Below, one piece after another: positions 9,136 through 18,653 of a DNA stretch of 64,000 nucleotides (position 1 is the stretch's first letter; each line of letters begins with the position of its first letter). The notes under the pieces were generated by a model, which was given only the letters and a program-made list of their open reading frames with translations, was not told the origin of the DNA and ran no database searches. The stretch is from positions 96,001-160,000 of the forward strand of contig JBEPZV010000001.1 of the NCBI GenBank assembly GCA_041640655.1, in the 5' to 3' direction. The DNA is from a bacterium (lineage in GTDB: Bacteria > Acidobacteriota > Blastocatellia > HR10). Position numbers and translations under genes: made by a program.

Positions 9136-11223
9136 CTACGAACTCTCTTGCGCGTGGCCCTCTGGCCAAATCAGGATATTCAGATATTCGTCAACCTCTC
9201 CATAATGCCCGGGAAGGATCACCACCGTTGAATCTATTTGCGTGATTACTGCGGGACCGTGGATCACATTCCCGGGACGAAGCCGACTCCGATCGTAGAT
9301 CGCCGTGTCCAGGAAACCGCCTTGAAAGTAGATCTGATGATGATCCACCATCGCGTGCCGACTGTCGCTCCCCTCCCGCTCAAACCGAGGCAACTCGAGC
9401 TTCCGCACCATACCGACGCCGATGGCACGCACATTCACGACCTCAATCATCGAGTCGATGTTAAAGCCGTAGTTCTGCTGATGTACCCGCTTGAAGTCCG
9501 CCACGAGCTGCTCGAATCCGATAGCGTCAAGATCCACAACGCTGACAGGGATCGGGAACTCATAGCCTTGACGGTAGTAACGAACATCAACCTCATACTC
9601 GATATGCTGTCGTTCCGGAGGGATGCCCTCTCTCTGCAACCATTGGCGCGCTTCCTCGGCCAGTTTGAGCAGCAGGGTCTTGATCTCTGTGGGGGACGTT
9701 TGATCCAACGTCCGAATATATGTACGCGCGAATTCATTCTTGATGTCAGAATGTAAAAATCCAAGTGCTGAGAACACTCCGGGCATGAGCGGGACGATCA
9801 CCGGCCATGAGCCCGTCAGCCGCGCTAGCGCATTCGCATGCAGAGGGCCAGCCCCTCCAAAAGCCACTAAACAAAAATCACGGGGATCAAGTCCGCGTTG
9901 CACAGTGACCAATCGGATCGCCCCGAACATATTTTCATTGACAATATCGAGGATCCCCTGTGCAGCTCCGTAGAGATCTAACCCCAGTGCATCAGCGATC
10001 TTTTGCACGGCCCGACGCGCGGCTTCCACATCCAGCATCATCTCACCACCCAGCAGCTTCGGGGGGAGATGTCCGAGGATCACATTGGCGTCGGTCACCG
10101 TAGGTTCTTCCCCCCCTAAACTATAACAAGCCGGCCCTGGTTCTGCTCCCGCCGACTGTGGGCCAACCCGCAACGCCCCTGTAATCGGCACGTGCGCGAT
10201 CGAGCCCCCCCCCGCTCCAATCGATCGCACATCCACCGAGCGAACCTTCACCGGATAGTATCCAAGGCGTGTCTCCCGAGCCAGATAAGGACGCCCCCCA
10301 AAACTCACCGCCACATCCGTTGAAGTCCCTCCCATATCGAAGGAAATAACATTAGCGTATCCACAAAGCTGTCCAACATAACTGGCAGCGATAACTCCTC
10401 CCGATGGTCCCGACATCAAGGTATTCACCGGCTTATCGCTCGCCGCTTCCAAGCTCATCACTCCTCCATCAGAACGAAGGATGTTCACAACCGGTGCCAG
10501 CCCCTCCGCTTCCAACTTCTCCCGAATCCCACGCAAATATCCACTCATCCGCGGCCGCACGTAGGCGTTCATCACCGCCGTCAGCGTACGCTCATACTCC
10601 CGGAACTCCGGCAGGATGTCGCTGGAGATCGTCACTGATAAATCCCCACTCTCCCGCTCGATGATCCGTTTCACCTCCTGCTCGTGCATCGGATTCACAT
10701 ACGAATGCAGCAATGAGACCGCCAACGCTTCGACCTTCCTCCCATATAACCGTTGTGCCCAATTCTGGATCTCCAATAACGCTGCACGCACCTCGCCAAC
10801 ATCTAACGGGACCAACTCCTCGCCACGTGCGTTGATGCGTGCCGAAATCCCTCGCGTCAACTCCAACGGTGCCATCGGATCTGGCTTAATCATGATGATC
10901 CAGCCGGCCAATGGTCCCGGCGTCTGTCCACGCGCGACATGCAGAATCTGCTCGAACCCCTTATTTGTGATCAATCCCACGAGCGCCCCCTTCCCCTCTA
11001 ACACCGTGTTTGTAGCCACCGTCGTCCCATGCAAGATCAATTGGATATCCCGCGGTGAGATCCCCGCTATCTCGGCAATCTTTCGAATCCCATTGAGTAC
11101 GCCGATGGAAGGATCCGATGGTGTGGAGGGGACCTTGGTCAGGAACAGCCTCCCCGTCTCCTCATTGAAAAGCACGAGGTCCGTGAATGTTCCTCCAACG
11201 TCAATCCCCAAGCGATAGTTCAT
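9136..11223 (-). CDS. Hydantoinase A / oxoprolinase family subunit (ATP-binding)
   Basis: GIDVGGTFTD, HGTTVATN, DMGGTSTD, IGAGGGS, GPQSAGAEPGPACY. Confidence 0.94.
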   Translation of the reverse strand: MNYRLGIDVGGTFTDLVLFNEETGRLFLTKVPSTPSDPSIGVLNGIRKIAEIAGISPRDIQLILHGTTVATNTVLEGKGALVGLITNKGFEQILHVARGQTPGPLAGWIIMIKPDPMAPLELTRGISARINARGEELVPLDVGEVRAALLEIQNWAQRLYGRKVEALAVSLLHSYVNPMHEQEVKRIIERESGDLSVTISSDILPEFREYERTLTAVMNAYVRPRMSGYLRGIREKLEAEGLAPVVNILRSDGGVMSLEAASDKPVNTLMSGPSGGVIAASYVGQLCGYANVISFDMGGTSTDVAVSFGGRPYLARETRLGYYPVKVRSVDVRSIGAGGGSIAHVPITGALRVGPQSAGAEPGPACYSLGGEEPTVTDANVILGHLPPKLLGGEMMLDVEAARRAVQKIADALGLDLYGAAQGILDIVNENMFGAIRLVTVQRGLDPRDFCLVAFGGAGPLHANALARLTGSWPVIVPLMPGVFSALGFLHSDIKNEFARTYIRTLDQTSPTEIKTLLLKLAEEARQWLQREGIPPERQHIEYEVDVRYYRQGYEFPIPVSVVDLDAIGFEQLVADFKRVHQQNYGFNIDSMIEVVNVRAIGVGMVRKLELPRFEREGSDSRHAMVDHHQIYFQGGFLDTAIYDRSRLRPGNVIHGPAVITQIDSTVVILPGHYGEVDEYLNILIWPEGHAQESS

Positions 11224-11232
11224 AGACCATCC

Positions 11233-14200
11233 TCAGAAGACTAACTTCAAGCCAAACTGAATCTGCCGCGAGTTTTTCGCGCTTGTGATTGTCCCAAAGT
11301 TGGGATTCACGTTGCGCCCATCCGGGCCGGGAACGAACACGCGATCAGGAAGATTGAAGTTCGGGCGATTGAAGAGATTGAAGAATTCAGCGCGGAACTG
11401 CAAATTGATCTCCTCGGAGACTTTCGTCGTTTTCTGCAGGATTGCATCAACTTGCGCAAATCCCGGCCCATCTATAATGTTCCGTCCGGCTGTCCCTGGC
11501 AGAGCCTCGAACCCAGCCGGCGTCAAAAAGCCCAGCGGCGCCGTAAATACCGAGGTGTCGAACCAACGATGGGGACGCCGTTGATCAGAAGGCAGATTCG
11601 GATTCCCCCTCACATCCGGCCGCGGGAAGCGAAAGCCCGGCGGACTCCCTGTCGGATGCTGCGGTGTCAACGGTTGCCCCGAATGCAATGTGACGATCCC
11701 TCCAATCTGCCACCCCTCGCTCACCTTACCCCACGCCCCCCTCACCGAACGCCCAAACGGTAGCTCGTAGAGGAAACTCCCCACGAACCGATGGCGAACA
11801 TCAAAGTTCGCCCGCCCACGCTCGCAACGCAAACACCGTGGATCCTGCTCCCGTGTCGGCGCCCCTCCTTCCTCACGCGCCGAAGAGACCGTGTCGATCG
11901 CCTTTGCCAACGTATAGGAGGCAACAAACGAAAGGCCTCGCGAAAGCCGCCGCTCCAATCGAATGTACCCACTATGATAGGTGCTGGTAGCCCCACTGGC
12001 CTCCATAATGTAGAAGCTGAAATTCGGTACTGGCCGAGCCCCCGTCCTGAAATCCTCTGGATTCCCCGTGGTTAAACGATTCAAGTTGATACCCGTCGAC
12101 CCGACATAGGCGACCTCCACCATCGTATTCGCCGTCAACTGTTGCTGCACGTTCAGCGTATAGCTCTGGACATACCCGATAGGGAGATCAACCTGAGGGC
12201 TAATGCCACTGATCGGGATATTATGAGGATCAGAGAGCGGCCCATATGCGTCCGCATATCGGAGCGGCGGAAGTGGGGCTCCAAACCGAGCGAAGTCAAC
12301 GAGCACGAGCTGTGCCGTGAACGGCAACAAATTGCGCGAATCCGAAGAAGCCGACCAGTCACGCAGAGCGTTGTAAATCCCATATCCGGCCCGCACCACA
12401 GTTCGACCCGTTCCGAAGATGTCCCAGACGAGACCGAACCGTGGAGCCAGATTGCGAAAGTCAGTCTTTGTAACCGAACGCCCGAGCCCGCGCGACTTCG
12501 AAGTCACGAAACGAACCGGCGGTAATCCAAGATTCCGCAGGAGCGTATTATACTCAGTCACCAAACGGCCGTTGACCTCCGGTGGAAGCCGATCACCTGC
12601 AATGATGATCTCTCCCGTGAATTGGTCGAACACGGCGAGTCGATTGTTCACCTCATAGATCGGTGGAAAGACCTCATAGCGCAATCCGTAGTTCAATGTC
12701 ACACGAGGAGTCACACGATACTCATCGTGAAAAAAGACTCCGAATAGATTGGTGCGAAAGTTACCCGTCGTATCTCCTTGCAGCTTGACGATGCTCGCTG
12801 GACGATCCAATAGAAAGTCCGCCCGGGGATCACCAGTCACCAATACCGGAGATGCGAACGAGACGAATCCCCGAGTGAAGAAATTCGAGAGCGTATCAAA
12901 ACGCACGTGGTGATAGTCGCCACCGAACTTCAACACGTGTCGTCCCCTCGTCCAAACCAGGTTATTCCGGATGACATATTCGTTGTTCTTGCGAAAGAGC
13001 GGATTGAAGACATCCGAGTCTCCGAATTGCGAAAGCCCGGGCACCGTGTAGGCCGGGAACCCACGATCGCGTCGAGCGATTTCCTGATTCACCCCATTAA
13101 GCCGAGCGAAGTTGACGTCCTGATTGGCCGCCAGACGCTTTCCATCATAAAAGCTCCAGCCTATGCGAAGCTCGTTGATCACATTGTCCCTCAGAGTTGA
13201 AGTCAACCCAATGGCCAGATTCTGCGTGTCGTCTTCGATCGGCGTTGGAAACCCAGGCGGAGGCGGCGGATCAAAAGTCAGGATATTGTCCCCGAACGGT
13301 AAACTCTGATCACCCCGAGCCAAAATATAACGGGCAAAAAATTGCTGGCGAGGGCTGAATTGGTGATCGAAGCGCGCCACCACTTGATCCCGATCCTCAA
13401 TCCGTTTGGCGACCGAGACGTGATTGAGCCCGCGCTCGCTCGGCCTCAGGTTCGGCACAGGGAAGAACCGGTCAATGATCGCTCGAGCGATGGGACCAAT
13501 AGGCACCTGGTAGAAGGTCTTCCCCCCAATGGTAACAGTCGGAAATGGTCGCCCCGTCTCTGGATTGATGACCGGATTCTCGAAGAGCCCCTTCCGCTCG
13601 TTCTCCGTGAGAAGAGCCGAGAGAACCGTCTCCTCCTTCCGGATGCGCAGCCCCTCATAGGTGAAGAAAAAGAAGGTACGATCCTTCACAATCGGGCCAC
13701 CGAAACTCCCCCCCAAATTGTTCTGTCGGAAGGCCGGGATAGGGCGATCCGGGAGGTCAAAGAAGTTCTTCGCATCGAACTTATCGTTCCGCACGAACTC
13801 AAAGAGCGAACCATGAAAATTATTCGCGCCCGACCTCGTGAGGATGTAGACCTGTCCCCCACCGAACATCCCCGCCTCCGTCGAATATGAAGCTTGTAGG
13901 ACACGGAACTCTTGAATCGCCTCAATAGATGGCGTGACCGTGGGGACATTGAAGTAATGATCAATCGCCGGAATTCCATCAATAAGGTAATTATTCTGAT
14001 CATTGCGAGCGCCACTAGCAATGAACCCCACATTCCCTGTACTCGCTGTGTCGAAGCCACCGTTCCCCCCCTGCTCCTGCGGAGCGACATTCGGAGAGAG
14101 CAAGGCCAATTGTATGAAGTTGCGGCCATTAAGCGGAAGATCAACGACCCTCCGGTTCTCGATGATCTCTCCAATGGTCGTCGTCGTCGTATCCGTCAAC

Positions 14201-14595
14201 GGCGGTGCGGCCGTTACAGTGACAACCTCGGTCACTGTCCCCACACGCAATTCTATATCCAGCCGGAGAGTTTGATCGATCCGCAACATGATATCTCGGC
14301 GCACTTCCCTCTGAAATCCTGGAGCTTCAATGATGATCTCATAGGAGCCGACGGGCAAGAATTGAAGCGCGTAAAACCCACGCTCATTTGTCAACACCGA
14401 GCGCTCCAGGTTCGTCTCTGTATTCCGTGCCGTCACCTTAGCTCCTGCAACGGCCGCTCCCTGCTGATCGGTCACTAAGCCTTCAATATTCGCCGTCGTC
14501 CTCTGCCCGAGGGCACCGCTATCAAGTAATACAAGCGCCCCCAAAATAAAGAGAACCCAGGACTGCCTCAGCTTAGCGAATCGCCCCGCCATCAC
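11233..14595 (-). CDS. TonB-dependent receptor, Oar-like with carboxypeptidase-regulatory N-domain
   Basis: Signal peptide, LPLNGRNFIQL, TRSGANNFHGSLFEFVRN, FRAEFFNLFNRPNF, C-terminal RQIQFGLKLVF. Confidence 0.93.
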   Translation of the reverse strand: MMAGRFAKLRQSWVLFILGALVLLDSGALGQRTTANIEGLVTDQQGAAVAGAKVTARNTETNLERSVLTNERGFYALQFLPVGSYEIIIEAPGFQREVRRDIMLRIDQTLRLDIELRVGTVTEVVTVTAAPPLTDTTTTTIGEIIENRRVVDLPLNGRNFIQLALLSPNVAPQEQGGNGGFDTASTGNVGFIASGARNDQNNYLIDGIPAIDHYFNVPTVTPSIEAIQEFRVLQASYSTEAGMFGGGQVYILTRSGANNFHGSLFEFVRNDKFDAKNFFDLPDRPIPAFRQNNLGGSFGGPIVKDRTFFFFTYEGLRIRKEETVLSALLTENERKGLFENPVINPETGRPFPTVTIGGKTFYQVPIGPIARAIIDRFFPVPNLRPSERGLNHVSVAKRIEDRDQVVARFDHQFSPRQQFFARYILARGDQSLPFGDNILTFDPPPPPGFPTPIEDDTQNLAIGLTSTLRDNVINELRIGWSFYDGKRLAANQDVNFARLNGVNQEIARRDRGFPAYTVPGLSQFGDSDVFNPLFRKNNEYVIRNNLVWTRGRHVLKFGGDYHHVRFDTLSNFFTRGFVSFASPVLVTGDPRADFLLDRPASIVKLQGDTTGNFRTNLFGVFFHDEYRVTPRVTLNYGLRYEVFPPIYEVNNRLAVFDQFTGEIIIAGDRLPPEVNGRLVTEYNTLLRNLGLPPVRFVTSKSRGLGRSVTKTDFRNLAPRFGLVWDIFGTGRTVVRAGYGIYNALRDWSASSDSRNLLPFTAQLVLVDFARFGAPLPPLRYADAYGPLSDPHNIPISGISPQVDLPIGYVQSYTLNVQQQLTANTMVEVAYVGSTGINLNRLTTGNPEDFRTGARPVPNFSFYIMEASGATSTYHSGYIRLERRLSRGLSFVASYTLAKAIDTVSSAREEGGAPTREQDPRCLRCERGRANFDVRHRFVGSFLYELPFGRSVRGAWGKVSEGWQIGGIVTLHSGQPLTPQHPTGSPPGFRFPRPDVRGNPNLPSDQRRPHRWFDTSVFTAPLGFLTPAGFEALPGTAGRNIIDGPGFAQVDAILQKTTKVSEEINLQFRAEFFNLFNRPNFNLPDRVFVPGPDGRNVNPNFGTITSAKNSRQIQFGLKLVF

Positions 14596-14651
14596 AGTGA
14601 CCTCCCTATTTATTTTTCAAAACAACTGTCTTGTTTTTAAAACAGCTCTTC

Positions 14652-14709
14652 TATATAGCACGGGGTCCCTGTTTTGTCAATAGCTATAATTTCATTATAG
14701 TATTGTCAA
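14652..14709 (-). promoter_or_regulatory. Sigma70-like promoter of the TBDR/hydantoinase operon with upstream inverted repeat
   Basis: Minus strand TTGACA (14680-14675), 17-nt spacer, TATATA (14657-14652); palindrome CTATAAT-ttc-ATTATAG at 14684-14700. Confidence 0.65.
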
Positions 14710-15859
14710 TTCCACCTGATCCAGACAGCCATCCAAAGACAAAGATATGGAGGCTCAGGGGGGGGAGAATCATACAGCGCACCTCTTCGATGCTACAAGG
14801 CTGGCAGAGGCAGTGGGAGCCGGGGGAGGCCGGAGATGGGCGGTGAAGCTCGGGGATGGCGCCATGGTAGATGAGTCGCAGCCAGAGGCTCCCCCGGAGG
14901 CGGGTGCAGAGATAGTCTTCGAGCATGCGCAGAGCGAGGCCGACGGCGGCCTGGTTCAGGGAGCGAAGGCTTCCCCGCCGTTCGCTCTGCCAACGGCGAT
15001 GCCGCCGATGGGCGTGCTCCCGCAGGGCACCTTCCCGGACGACGGCCACATGCTGCTCTTGCGCCAGACTGCCCAAGCAGAGCAGGCAGTGCTCCCCGGG
15101 TACGATCCAGCGCAGATCGGCGCCGAGAAGCAGGTCGTCACCTTCGGCGGGCAACACGCCCGTGCCCACATCCAGAAGCGGCTTCAGATACAGGGCGGCG
15201 AGCACGCCGCAGGCCCAGCGGGCGCCGTCGTGATCCACGGCGCAGAGGAGCACATCGGCGGCTTTGAGGGCGGAGAGGGCCGCCACTTCGGTCACCGAGC
15301 CGACGAGCGCGTGGATGTCCGCCCTCGGATTGAGGGTGTGCAGGCTCTCGGCCAGAGCCTGAGCCTTTGGCCGTCCCACATGCTCGGGCCGGAAGCCGTC
15401 GCCATCCAGGTTGTGCTCCTCCACATGGTCGGGATCCACGAGGGTGAGGCGTCGGACGCCGCTGCGCACGAGGGTATTGGCCAGAAGCGAACCGGTGCGG
15501 CCGCAGCCGATCAGGGCGTAGTGGAGCGCGCACAGGCGCTGCCAGCCGTATTCGCCCAGGGCGCCGGCGATGCGGGAGTGGCGTTCACCGGGTTCGGGAA
15601 AGGTTTCGGGCGCGAGGTCGTGGTCTGTGATCTCCGGCAGGCCCGGGGCGATGAGGCGCAGGGTCACCGGTTCTCGCCGGCCGTCGGGGCGCAGGAGATG
15701 GGCTGCGGGGAAGCCCGCTCGCGGCACGTGAGCGATGATGATCGGGGCCGCCCGCAGGCCATGCAAGACGGGCAGCGGCATCAACAGAACGCCCGTTTCC
15801 CTGCCCTGCTCCCTCCCGCACCTGATTCTTCCGCTCGCGTCCAGAGCGACGCCAACCAT
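14684..15859 (-). CDS. ThiF/MoeB (E1-like) adenylyltransferase-domain protein, ends probably truncated
   Basis: LIGCGRTGS, LVDPDHVEEHNL, VGRPKA, AVDHDGAR, PGEHCLLC; abrupt composition change at both ends. Confidence 0.75.
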   Translation of the reverse strand: MVGVALDASGRIRCGREQGRETGVLLMPLPVLHGLRAAPIIIAHVPRAGFPAAHLLRPDGRREPVTLRLIAPGLPEITDHDLAPETFPEPGERHSRIAGALGEYGWQRLCALHYALIGCGRTGSLLANTLVRSGVRRLTLVDPDHVEEHNLDGDGFRPEHVGRPKAQALAESLHTLNPRADIHALVGSVTEVAALSALKAADVLLCAVDHDGARWACGVLAALYLKPLLDVGTGVLPAEGDDLLLGADLRWIVPGEHCLLCLGSLAQEQHVAVVREGALREHAHRRHRRWQSERRGSLRSLNQAAVGLALRMLEDYLCTRLRGSLWLRLIYHGAIPELHRPSPASPGSHCLCQPCSIEEVRCMILPPLSLHIFVFGWLSGSGGIDNTIMKL

Positions 15860-15981
15860 GTGCGAAGCAAGAGATTGAGGTGCTGGAAGACACCGGCGAG
15901 GTCAAAGGACTGCGATACCGAGTGCATGCGGATATCGGCCGGTGACCTCCGATGACTCAAGAGAGTGAAGAATTCTTCGCA

Positions 15982-16009
15982 TTGACTGAAACACGAAATC
16001 ACATATAAT
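15982..16009 (+). promoter_or_regulatory. Sigma70-like promoter for the HTH-parA-rep cassette
   Basis: TTGACT, 16-nt spacer, TATAAT, followed by the RBS GAGGGAG before ATG 16045. Confidence 0.7.
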
Positions 16010-16044
16010 AACGCATCGAAACGTTTTTCGAGGGAGTTCTGACG

Positions 16045-16287
16045 ATGGTGGCAAAAGTCGAGGTTCTTCCCATCGGCGAGGCGGCCGAGTACTTGGGCGT
16101 CTCGCGGCGCAAGATCTGGCAGTTGGTGAAACGAGGGGAGCTCCCCAGCCGACCCGATCCCCTCGATCGGAGGCGGAAGCTCGTGCGGGTGGAGGACTTA
16201 GACAAACTCCGGGAGGGATCCTATGTTCGCTACGATCGGCATCGCCAATCAGAAAGGAGGCGTCGGCAAGACAACAACGGCCGTTAA
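16045..16287 (+). CDS. Excisionase-like HTH DNA-binding protein
   Basis: LPIGEAAEYLGVSRRKIWQLVKRGEL; its 3' end overlaps parA. Confidence 0.75.
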   Translation: MVAKVEVLPIGEAAEYLGVSRRKIWQLVKRGELPSRPDPLDRRRKLVRVEDLDKLREGSYVRYDRHRQSERRRRQDNNGR

Positions 16288-17017
16288 TCTCTCGGCCTGT
16301 CTGGCCCGAATGGGACGACGGGTGCTGCTGGTGGACCTGGATGCGCAGGCGAATGCGACAAACCATGTGGGCGTGGATCCCCCGCAGGACGAGATGCTGA
16401 GCTCATACGCCCTGCTGGTGGATAAGTCGCCCAATGTGCGAGCGATTCTCACCTCCGTCTCTCCCAACCTCCAGCTCGTCCCAGGACATATCGCCCTGGC
16501 CGAAGTGGATATCAAACTCTTCTCGACGATCAACCGGGAGACGCGGCTGCAACGGGCGCTGGCGCGGCTTCGGGAGGATTTCGATTACATCGTGCTCGAT
16601 TGTCCGCCATCGCTGGGCATCGCCACGATCAACGCCTTTTGCGCGGCGACGCACCTGATCATCTGCATCCAGACGAACTGGTTCGCCTACGAGGCATTGA
16701 AACGGTTGATGTCCATTGTCGAAGACGTCATGGAGGAGACCAACCCCAATCTGGTGGTCTATGCGCTGGCGACCCTGCATCGGCCGAACGTGAACATCCA
16801 TCGAGATGTGCTCGTGAAGATCCAGGAGACCTTCGAGCACTTCGCCCTCTCGTCGGTCATCCGACACACGGCCACATTGGCCGAGGCTTCGGCGGCTCGA
16901 CAGACGATCGTCGAGTATGCGCATGGGAGTCGGGGTCACATGGACTATCAAAATCTCGCCGAGGAGATCATCAACCGTGTCGAACGAAAAGCTCTCAAGA
17001 TCGCGCAAGCACTATGA
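16223..17017 (+). CDS. parA: ParA/Soj-family partition ATPase
   Basis: NQKGGVGKTTT deviant Walker A, LLVDLDAQANAT, DYIVLDCPPSLG. Confidence 0.93.
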   Translation: MFATIGIANQKGGVGKTTTAVNLSACLARMGRRVLLVDLDAQANATNHVGVDPPQDEMLSSYALLVDKSPNVRAILTSVSPNLQLVPGHIALAEVDIKLFSTINRETRLQRALARLREDFDYIVLDCPPSLGIATINAFCAATHLIICIQTNWFAYEALKRLMSIVEDVMEETNPNLVVYALATLHRPNVNIHRDVLVKIQETFEHFALSSVIRHTATLAEASAARQTIVEYAHGSRGHMDYQNLAEEIINRVERKALKIAQAL

Positions 17018-18236
17018 GATCCCGGATCTGCGGATCTCAGACGAGGAGTCGGCAGCCATCAAGCAGATCATGCGGCGGTTGAGGGGGAAGCCCGAGGACG
17101 TCTCGAGTCCTCCAGTGGGGACTCCCCCTGAGGCCTCCCTCCCACCCCAGGAACCGCAGCCCGAAGGTGGCTCAAAACGAGCCAGCTCAAAAAGAGCCAG
17201 CTCAATGAGCCAGCTCAAAACAAGCCAGCTCAAAAAGAGCCAGCTCAATTTGAGCCAGCTCGAATTGAGCCAGCTCACAGAGAGCCAGCTCTCGATGAGC
17301 CAGCTTGACGAAAATATTGCTTTGAATTGGCGAACGATCGAGCACACGCGGATCCCGCAAGTGGTCTTCGACGAGATCCTGCCCACACTGCCGGTGGCCG
17401 CACAAGGGATCTATCTGCAGCTTCTGCGGCTGACACTGGGGTTTCATCGGCCGGTGTGTCATATCAGCCTGGAAGCCCTTAAGTCTCGATGTAATCAGAG
17501 CTTAGCTAGCGTGAAGCGCCACCTGGAGCTTTTGATCCGGCGTGGCCTAGTCCGTAAAGTGGGCGTGAGATTCGGCGGATCCGACCGCGGGAGTTATCTC
17601 ATGCCGGTCATCCCCGGAGTGTTCAATGAGGAACCAAAGCCTGAAACAAGCCAGCTCAATATGAGCCAGCTCAATACGAGCCAGCTCATAGAGAGCCAGC
17701 TCTCGATGAGCCAGCTCACAGAGAGCCAGGTCAATTCGAGCCAGCTCTCCATGAGCCAGCTCAATATGAGCCACAAGAAATATGATGATGATGATCTTGA
17801 AATAAAAAGTCATCATCAGACTGAAAAGGCGGACGACGATGACTCGCCTCATTTGAAGAAGGTCAAGGAGATCTACGCTCGGTTGACGGGGAACACGTGG
17901 ACGGTTTCGGATACGCGGGCCTACCGGGAACACGGCATCCAGCAGTACCGACTGGAGCACGTGGAGGCGATCATGGAGGCCGTGGCCGAACGAGCGCCCG
18001 AACGCATCAACAGCTTCAACTACTTCGTGCGGGAGATCGTCACCGCCGCCCGCCCCGAGAGCCGAGGCGCCCGCCGCCGCCGCCTGGAGCAGATCGTCCG
18101 ACGCCTTCAGCAGCTGCACGTGGGAGCCGCCCAGTACGGCATCGCCGACCTGGCCGAGGACGTCAAACGCGCCTGCGCCCGCGAGGGCATCCCCTTCGAC
18201 CCCGACCTCTTCAACGAAATCATCGGTTTGGGATAG
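16977..18236 (+). CDS. Putative replication initiator (central wHTH flanked by SQLxx repeat tracts)
   Basis: Directly follows parA; GTG 16977 with a GAGGAG RBS; wHTH-like IYLQLLRLTLGF...SLASVKRHLELLIRRGLV; DnaD/Rep-like C-terminal INSFNYFVREI. Confidence 0.6.
   Translation: MSNEKLSRSRKHYEIPDLRISDEESAAIKQIMRRLRGKPEDVSSPPVGTPPEASLPPQEPQPEGGSKRASSKRASSMSQLKTSQLKKSQLNLSQLELSQLTESQLSMSQLDENIALNWRTIEHTRIPQVVFDEILPTLPVAAQGIYLQLLRLTLGFHRPVCHISLEALKSRCNQSLASVKRHLELLIRRGLVRKVGVRFGGSDRGSYLMPVIPGVFNEEPKPETSQLNMSQLNTSQLIESQLSMSQLTESQVNSSQLSMSQLNMSHKKYDDDDLEIKSHHQTEKADDDDSPHLKKVKEIYARLTGNTWTVSDTRAYREHGIQQYRLEHVEAIMEAVAERAPERINSFNYFVREIVTAARPESRGARRRRLEQIVRRLQQLHVGAAQYGIADLAEDVKRACAREGIPFDPDLFNEIIGLG
17180..17306 (+). 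repeat. Tandem array 1: nine AGCCAGCT(C) units, 15-bp period with one 13-bp unit
   Basis: Starts at 17180, 17195, 17208, 17223, 17238, 17253, 17268, 17283, 17298. Confidence 0.95.
17649..17773 (+). repeat. Tandem array 2: eight AGCCAGCTC units plus one partial, 15-bp period
   Basis: Starts at 17649, 17664, 17679, 17694, 17709, 17724 (AGCCAGGTC variant), 17739, 17754 and partial 17769. Confidence 0.95.
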
Positions 18237-18319
18237 GGAAGGGAAGCCTGCCGCCTGAAATCGGCCCCTTGCGGCAGACGCTATGCCATCGCCGGACGCT
18301 TCAGGGAGAGGTCAGGACG

Positions 18320-18432
18320 GGTCAATGATGATGGCTCGGCAATTTCGGGATCATATCGGGCGTCGCAGCGGCACGGCCCGACCCCTCGTGGGCATCGTCC
18401 GGGTCGTCATCGAGAACCGGCGGGAGGGATAC
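18320..18432 (+). pseudogene. 3' remnant of a DUF3883-ended (SNF2 helicase) gene, copy 1
   Basis: MMMARQFRDH...PLVGIVRVVIENRREG; homologous to 24849-24944. Confidence 0.5.
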
Positions 18433-18439
18433 GGAAACG

Positions 18440-18570
18440 ATGCCCGAATGGGAATGGCTCGCCCAACAGATTGAAGGGCAATTCCTGAAGCGCAAAAGCT
18501 GCTCTGAGCGACGCCCGAGTGCCCTACAACTGCGTTCCATCCAGGATGCAGTCTGGGATGTGAACTTGTC
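18440..18570 (+). pseudogene. 5' stub of an AlbA_2/Schlafen-domain gene
   Basis: MPEWEWLAQQIEGQFLKRKSC resembles the EGQxxERKS start of AlbA_2 domains; similarity is lost downstream. Confidence 0.45.
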
Positions 18571-18653
18571 AACCGCTCTTGCGGTTTTATCAATCCGTCT
18601 CAGCAAATTTGCTTCGATACGAGAGCGTTTGATATTGTCAAAGGAGGATCGCC

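Noticed and set aside
16045..16287. Prophage or ICE inferred from the excisionase-like HTH
   Set aside because: No intact integrase, structural, relaxase or conjugation genes are in the window.
17180..17773. Repeat arrays as CRISPR
   Set aside because: 9-bp repeats with 6-bp spacers inside an ORF are far too short, and no cas genes are visible.
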